Shown: positions 23,723-28,613 of the stretch, piece by piece
Position numbering within the stretch: position 1 is the stretch's first letter
How the letters are laid out: every line of letters begins with the position of its first letter
From: Acanthaster planci
Lineage: Eukaryota
Assembly (NCBI RefSeq): GCF_001949145.1
Contig: NW_019091362.1
Span: 186,001-214,613 of the forward strand
Reading direction: 5' to 3'
Length of the DNA: 28,613 nucleotides
Notes under the pieces: generated by a model
What the model was told of the DNA's origin: nothing
The model's input: only the letters and a program-made list of their open reading frames with translations
Database searches by the model: none
Made by a program: the position numbers and the translations under genes

Positions 23723-24408
23723 GTCAAAATGTCTGTTCTGTGTCCCAGATGAGTCCTCCCAGTGGCCCCAAGAAGTCGACTAATTGCAGGAGTTGTCCCA
23801 GNNNNNNNNNNNNNNNNNNNNNNNNNNNNNNNNNNNNNNNNNNNNNNNNNNNNNNNNNNNNNNNNNNNNNNNNNNNNNNNNNNNNNNNNNNNNNNNNNNN
23901 NNNNNNNNNNNNNNNNNNNNNNNNNNNNNNNNNNNNNNNNNNNNNNNNNNNNNNNNNNNNNNNNNNNNNNNNNNNNNNNNNNNNNNNNNNNNNNNNNNNN
24001 NNNNNNNNNNNNNNNNNNNNNNNNNNNNNNNNNNNNNNNNNNNNNNNNNNNNNNNNNNNNNNNNNNNNNNNNNNNNNNNNNNNNNNNNNNNNNNNNNNNN
24101 NNNNNNNNNNNNNNNNNNNNNNNNNNNNNNNNNNNNNNNNNNNNNNNNNNNNNNNNNNNNNNNNNNNNNNNNNNNNNNNNNNNNNNNNNNNNNNNNNNNN
24201 NNNNNNNNNNNNNNNNNNNNNNNNNNNNNNNNNNNNNNNNNNNNNNNNNNNNNNNNNNNNNNNNNNNNNNNNNNNNNNNNNNNNNNNNNNNNNNNNNNNN
24301 NNNNNNNNNNNNNNNNNNNNNNNNNNNNNNNNNNNNNNNNNNNNNNNNNNNNNNNNNNNNNNNNNNNNNNNNNNNNNNNNNNNNNNNNNNNNNNNNNNNN
24401 NNNNNNNN

Positions 24409-25987
24409 TTGGGTGTCCTGCTGCGGTTTCGACTTAGTGGGGAAGTTGCAGTACAAGCTGACATCAACGCGATGTTCAATAGAGACTGTGCCCTCAGGGA
24501 AGATTGGAATCTCATGAAATTTCTGTGGTACAAGAATCATGACATTAATGGAAGGGTTGTTGAGTACCAGCAAATAGTCACGTTCTTTGGTGGAGCACAT
24601 TTGCCCGGAAATGCTACTTACGCGCTGCATTGCACAGCAGATGACAGTTGACAATACTTCGATGCAGAAGTGTGCAATTCGGTGAAGCGGAATTTCTACA
24701 TGGATGACTTGTTAAAGTCTGGGTCTCATGAAGTCACGAAGGTTACTGCGTCCCAGATTGTTCCATTACTGGAGAGGGGTGGATTCCGGCTGGCCAAATT
24801 TGTGACGTCAGACCCAGAGATGCGGGAAATGATTCCTTCTGACCGCCTGTCCAAAGAGGCACTGGACAGAGATCTTCCTAGGGATGATACGGGTCGGATA
24901 CCCTGTTGTTTAAGGTTGACACCAAGGAGAGGCAGTTCACCAGAAGAGGACTTCTTAGACAGATTGCCTCCCTGTTTGATCCAGAAGGAAGCTTGGCTCC
25001 AGTGCTCTTACCACCGAAGGTACTGGTGCATAAGCTCTCCAGAGAAGGATTTAAGTGGGATCAACCCATCCCTAAAAGGAACGAAGAATGGTTGCGTTGT
25101 TGGCTAGCATCACTGGAGAAGCTGTCTGCCATACGCAGAAATAGATACCACATCCCAAAGGGATTTGGTACGATGGTCAGGGTGGAGTTACATGCAATGT
25201 CCGATGGTGCAGAAGTGGGTTATGGCTTCGTTTTGTTTTCCAGAGTTGTACGCGATGACCGAAAGACCCATGTCAGTTTTCTACTTGGAAAGGCACTGAT
25301 GGCTCCGAAGCGAATCAAGACGATCCCACGTCTGGAACTGCAGGCCTGCCTGCTGTCTCTGAGAGCCAGCAACTTTGTGATGGTTGAAGCCGATGTAGGA
25401 ATTGACTCGGTTTACCAGTGGATGGACAGCACTATCGTCCTTCAGGGCGCTTCGACGTGCCCTTCTGACTGTATTGAAAGGACAGACACCTGCTGAGGAC
25501 CATCTGGCTACAGTAGTCGCTGAGTGTGAGCTTATGTACAACAATTGTCCATTGTGTGCCCTCAGTCTGAGTGCTAATGACCTACTTCCGTTGAGGCCTG
25601 TTGATGTTGTCAACTCTGAGCCAGTGAGTGCCTGCCCTCCAGGTCTGTTTGAGAAGTGGGATGCTCTGGTGCGGAACAGTTTTAGGCAGACTCAGTACAT
25701 CGTGCAACAGTTCTGGGGCAGATTCCTGAAAGAGTACCTACCTACACTCCAGGAACGACAAAGGTCCATCACCAAGTTGGCGGAACTTCGAGGTTGGAGA
25801 CTTGTGCCTCCTTACAGATGAGCTTGCCCTTGGTCATTGTGGATATTGGCCACTCTGTCGTGTAACAGAGGTGCATTGCAGTGAAGATGGCTGTGTTCGA
25901 GTGGTTCGCGTGAAGACTGCCAAAGGAGAGTATGAGAGGCCAGTGAACAAAATCTGCCTGCTGGAAGCAGCATGTGGACTTGGTTAA
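24409..25987 (+). pseudogene. BEL/Pao pol: RT, RNase H, integrase C-terminal remnant; disrupted
   Basis: GVLLRFR, ADINAMF, NFYMDD (YMDD 24697-24708), FDPEG.LAP, LHAMSDG, PRLELQA, WMDSTIVL, then FWGRFLKEYLPTLQ, WPLCRV, RPVNKICLL. TGA at 24649 and frameshifts near 24895, 25445 and 25790. Confidence 0.92.
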
Positions 25988-26085
25988 CTTACTTTTAAAC
26001 CAGTGTAACCCTTAGGGGGGATGTTATATTTTACTGCCTCATTCAATTTAAGTGTGAAATTTAATGGTTTAAATTCCAGGTGGAG

Positions 26086-26392
26086 TGTAAGTTTCGGCAG
26101 TGCTAGTGGCGCCCTTGTGTGGGCCTGGTAGCGGAGTAGATGCAACTTTCACTTTGATCGAAATTTCTTGACCACGTACCGTTCAGATTCATAACAATCC
26201 CTTGCCCTAAAGATAGGATGTAGTCATCTCACCGATGTAATCGTAACCTCAGTGGGGAAGGGAAAAAGTGTTGACCGCATGCATGTTTGTGGATGGGAGT
26301 CACAAGGAATAAAGACCAAGAGTGACAAACCATAGACCTGTGCATGTCCAACTTGACCCAATACCTTCCTGCAAATCCACTGAGAGCTTACA
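26086..26392 (+). repeat. 3' LTR (307 bp)
   Basis: Direct repeat of the 5' LTR (roughly 20-25 substitutions plus small indels by manual count, ~92% identity). Preceded by purine tract AGGTGGAG; AATAAA 26308-26313. Confidence 0.95.
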
Positions 26393-26907
26393 GTCTTGCC
26401 GTCATGCCTTTTACACACAGAATTGTGCATGTGACGTATTCACTCTAGACCGGTAAATACAACAGAAATGCAACAGAATTTACCCCTGCTGTCTCCTTTT
26501 AGCAGATTTGTTTATCTGTCGCTTTCAGTTTGATTTACCGGTACATACATGTACATGTATTTTAAATGATGTAAACAGCATCAAACTTGATGGACACTGA
26601 CGTCATTTCATTGTTATTGCTGTCAAATGTAAAGTACATGTACATACTGGTATGGTTGTGTTCTGCTCAAATGTACACGTCTACAAACAGTACAGTATTC
26701 TAACCGTTGAATGCAAAGTTCAAGTTACTGGTACAAAGTACATGGATGGGATATAGGGCCTGCTTTAGAAACCACTTCCAACTTGGGAATTAATTGGCAG
26801 TGCAGTGAAGATTTGTGGCATTGTGTGGATGATGTGCTTGTGTCTCTACCGTTGTTCGTCATGTGTATGAATTCCATACGTGTACCTGTACCTTACATAA
26901 ACTGCAC

Positions 26908-27095
26908 TGATGCCTCATATTAAGTCTGACACCTCGTTTGTCCAATGTTGGATTTATGAGGTGTCGGACCTTTGAGGCGTCGGAACTACGAGATTGAAAA
27001 AAAAAATTACCCATGAATCCGAAGCCTCATAAGTGCAAAATTCGGACTTTTGAGACGTCGGACCCGTGAGGCGTCAGACTTACGATACACACCCC
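26908..27095. mobile_element. Short foldback remnant with GAGGYGTCGGAC subterminal repeats
   Basis: TAAGTCTGACACCTC (26921-26935) vs GAGGCGTCAGACTTA (27068-27082), 14/15 inverted; about four GAGRYGTCRGA copies. Confidence 0.55.
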
Positions 27096-28232
27096 TGTAT
27101 GCACACCTACATTGTACGGGGGTACACTTGTACGTACTAAACATGTACCGGTACCAGCAAATCATCATGTGTACATGTATATCTTTTACCACTAACATAC
27201 ATGTACATACATGTACAATACATGTACATTAGTTGAACCAGCCAGCCTTAACAAGTACATGTACATGTATACATGTACATGTACACGTACAGCACATAAT
27301 TGTACATAAAACATCAGCCACATGTGCATCAACTGAAGATGCAGAAGCACAGGGATTGTTTAGAGCTCATTTCACACATTCCGGTACAGTACCTGCTGTA
27401 CATGTAATGTACTAGCACTCTGTAGGAAATAATTGATGAAGGTTGACAAGGGTGTCAAGTTAAGGGGGGAAGGGACTGTGTCAGGATTTCCTATGTACCG
27501 GTAGTGTACATGTACACTACGTGTACCATTACACTACATACATGCACACGTACATTTACATGTTTGTGTATGATGGGGGAATACATGTGTACATGTACAA
27601 TGTACATTGTATCTGTCGCAAAGGGAGTCATTCTACATGTGTATAATTCAAAGAAATATGAGATTATTAATCACTACTGTACACTATCAAGTTAAACTTT
27701 GGTCCTGTTGAGCAAGAACTTTGACATACATGTACAGTGTACGTGTAATTTAAGACAAAAAGTATTTGCTGCGCAATCTCTACAGTTTGCAGTATTCATG
27801 AGCCACTAAGACATTTGTACAGAGTACGGCGTATCTGTGCATTGAAGCTTTGTTATGGTAGGAAAATCTTATGTTGCAGATTGAAAATACCCCGGTATGC
27901 AGTGAGCGAGGGGTCAGTGGCTTGTACTTTAAACAGATTATTCACATTCAGACATCTTCTGGCACAAAGTGATAAAGTTTTGCTCATGGATTGGAAGCAT
28001 TTCAGAATGGTAAAAAGGGTGTCATAAAAGAAAATATTGAAACATGTATCTAATGATCTTCAACTATTGGAAAAAATTATTTTTCCATCTCAATCTTACT
28101 AAATCTTGCTTTGTTTTTGAGTTATCCCACTTGGAAGGAAATGACAGGGCAGTGCTCTGTAGTGCTCTGTAGGGTTGATGCCATTAGTTTTATGTTTTGT
28201 TGATTCCTCAAATAAAAAGGTGTTCTTATAAA

Positions 28233-28316
28233 TTCTGCATGACTTTCTGTGGAGGTTGGTTCTGCATGACTTTCTGTGTAGGTTGGTTCTGCATGACTTT
28301 CTGTGGAGGTTGGTTC
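28233..28316. repeat. 27-bp tandem repeat TTCTGCATGACTTTCTGTGGAGGTTGG x3
   Basis: Three copies, one substitution in the second. Confidence 0.9.
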
Positions 28317-28555
28317 AGGAACCGGATACAACAACAAACACACATAACACTTTTAGTTCAGCTTAGGTAAGAATTCTGTATGCATGCACTGTACATGTAG
28401 GTCAAGATTTTATCCATTCCTTCCAGCACTGCAGAACATTTGTGAAAATGTGCCACAATTGCTTTGTTTCCAAGCCATTCTTTGAAGATAGTGCATGAAA
28501 ATGAAGTAAAGACTCAGAACCTTCTTGTCTTGTCTTTTTGTGGGTGTCATTTCAG

Positions 28556-28613
28556 AATGTTATAATTCTGACAAAATGTCTGTAGTATTCTCTTTGCACT
28601 TATTAGAGATTGA
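28556..28613 (+). CDS. Possible downstream exon of the 16133 gene (runs off window)
   Basis: Pyrimidine tract + CATTTCAG| acceptor. Only the phase-1 frame stays open to the edge ((E)CYNSDKMSVVFSLHLLEI), matching the phase-1 donor at 16328. Too short to be decisive. Confidence 0.25.

Larger units (their letters stand above)
21073..26392 (+). mobile_element. BEL/Pao-family LTR retrotransposon, defective, 5320 bp including a 607-N gap
   Basis: Two LTRs with TGTAAG...CTTACA ends; 5-bp TSD GTCTT (21068-21072, 26393-26397); domain order gag (triple Cys/His knuckle)-PR-RT-RH-IN remnant. Confidence 0.95.

Noticed and set aside
26014..26030. Alternative 3' LTR start at AGGGGGGA|TGT
   Set aside because: Looks like PPT+TG, but 26022-26085 has no counterpart upstream of the 5' LTR; LTR homology and the TSD fix the start at 26086.
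26500..26880. Endonuclease remnant continuing the older LINE beyond the BEL insertion
   Set aside because: Only faint hints (SVH..IKLK on the minus strand); unsupportable without a profile search.
19507..27695. Short His/Val/Thr/Cys-rich ORFs (HVHVHV, TCTCTC) as metal-binding peptides
   Set aside because: They are translations of the (TACATG)n tracts.
27815..28027. Exon 2 of the 16133 gene at the TTGCAG acceptor (~27880)
   Set aside because: The required phase-1 frame hits TGA immediately.

Overview
AT-rich, intron-containing animal (probably marine invertebrate) genomic DNA with three assembly gaps; nothing prokaryotic. (1) A complete five-coding-exon minus-strand gene (7101-14701, 336 aa) encodes a membrane-anchored SPFH/Band-7 protein with an unusual six-cysteine insert. 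(2) Head-to-head with it is the first coding exon of an unidentified plus-strand membrane-protein gene (16133-16328), with a CTCF-like motif between them. (3) The region after that exon, probably its long first intron, is full of transposon remnants: a Mutator-like foldback element carrying a degenerate minimal hammerhead ribozyme, a hairpin MITE, two decayed RTE-like LINE fragments, and a defective BEL/Pao LTR retrotransposon (21073-26392; both LTRs and a GTCTT TSD, integrase core deleted). (4) Nested non-autonomous DNA transposons lie in the last SPFH intron, and a tRNA-derived SINE and minisatellites lie elsewhere. The most striking window-wide signal is pervasive TACATGTA/TACAGTA/TACCGGTA/TAGGCCTA. 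Several copies are demonstrably insertions at TA sites and resemble Tc1/mariner excision footprints. I cannot support a clearly new multi-gene system; the findings are leads. All alignments and counts were done by eye.
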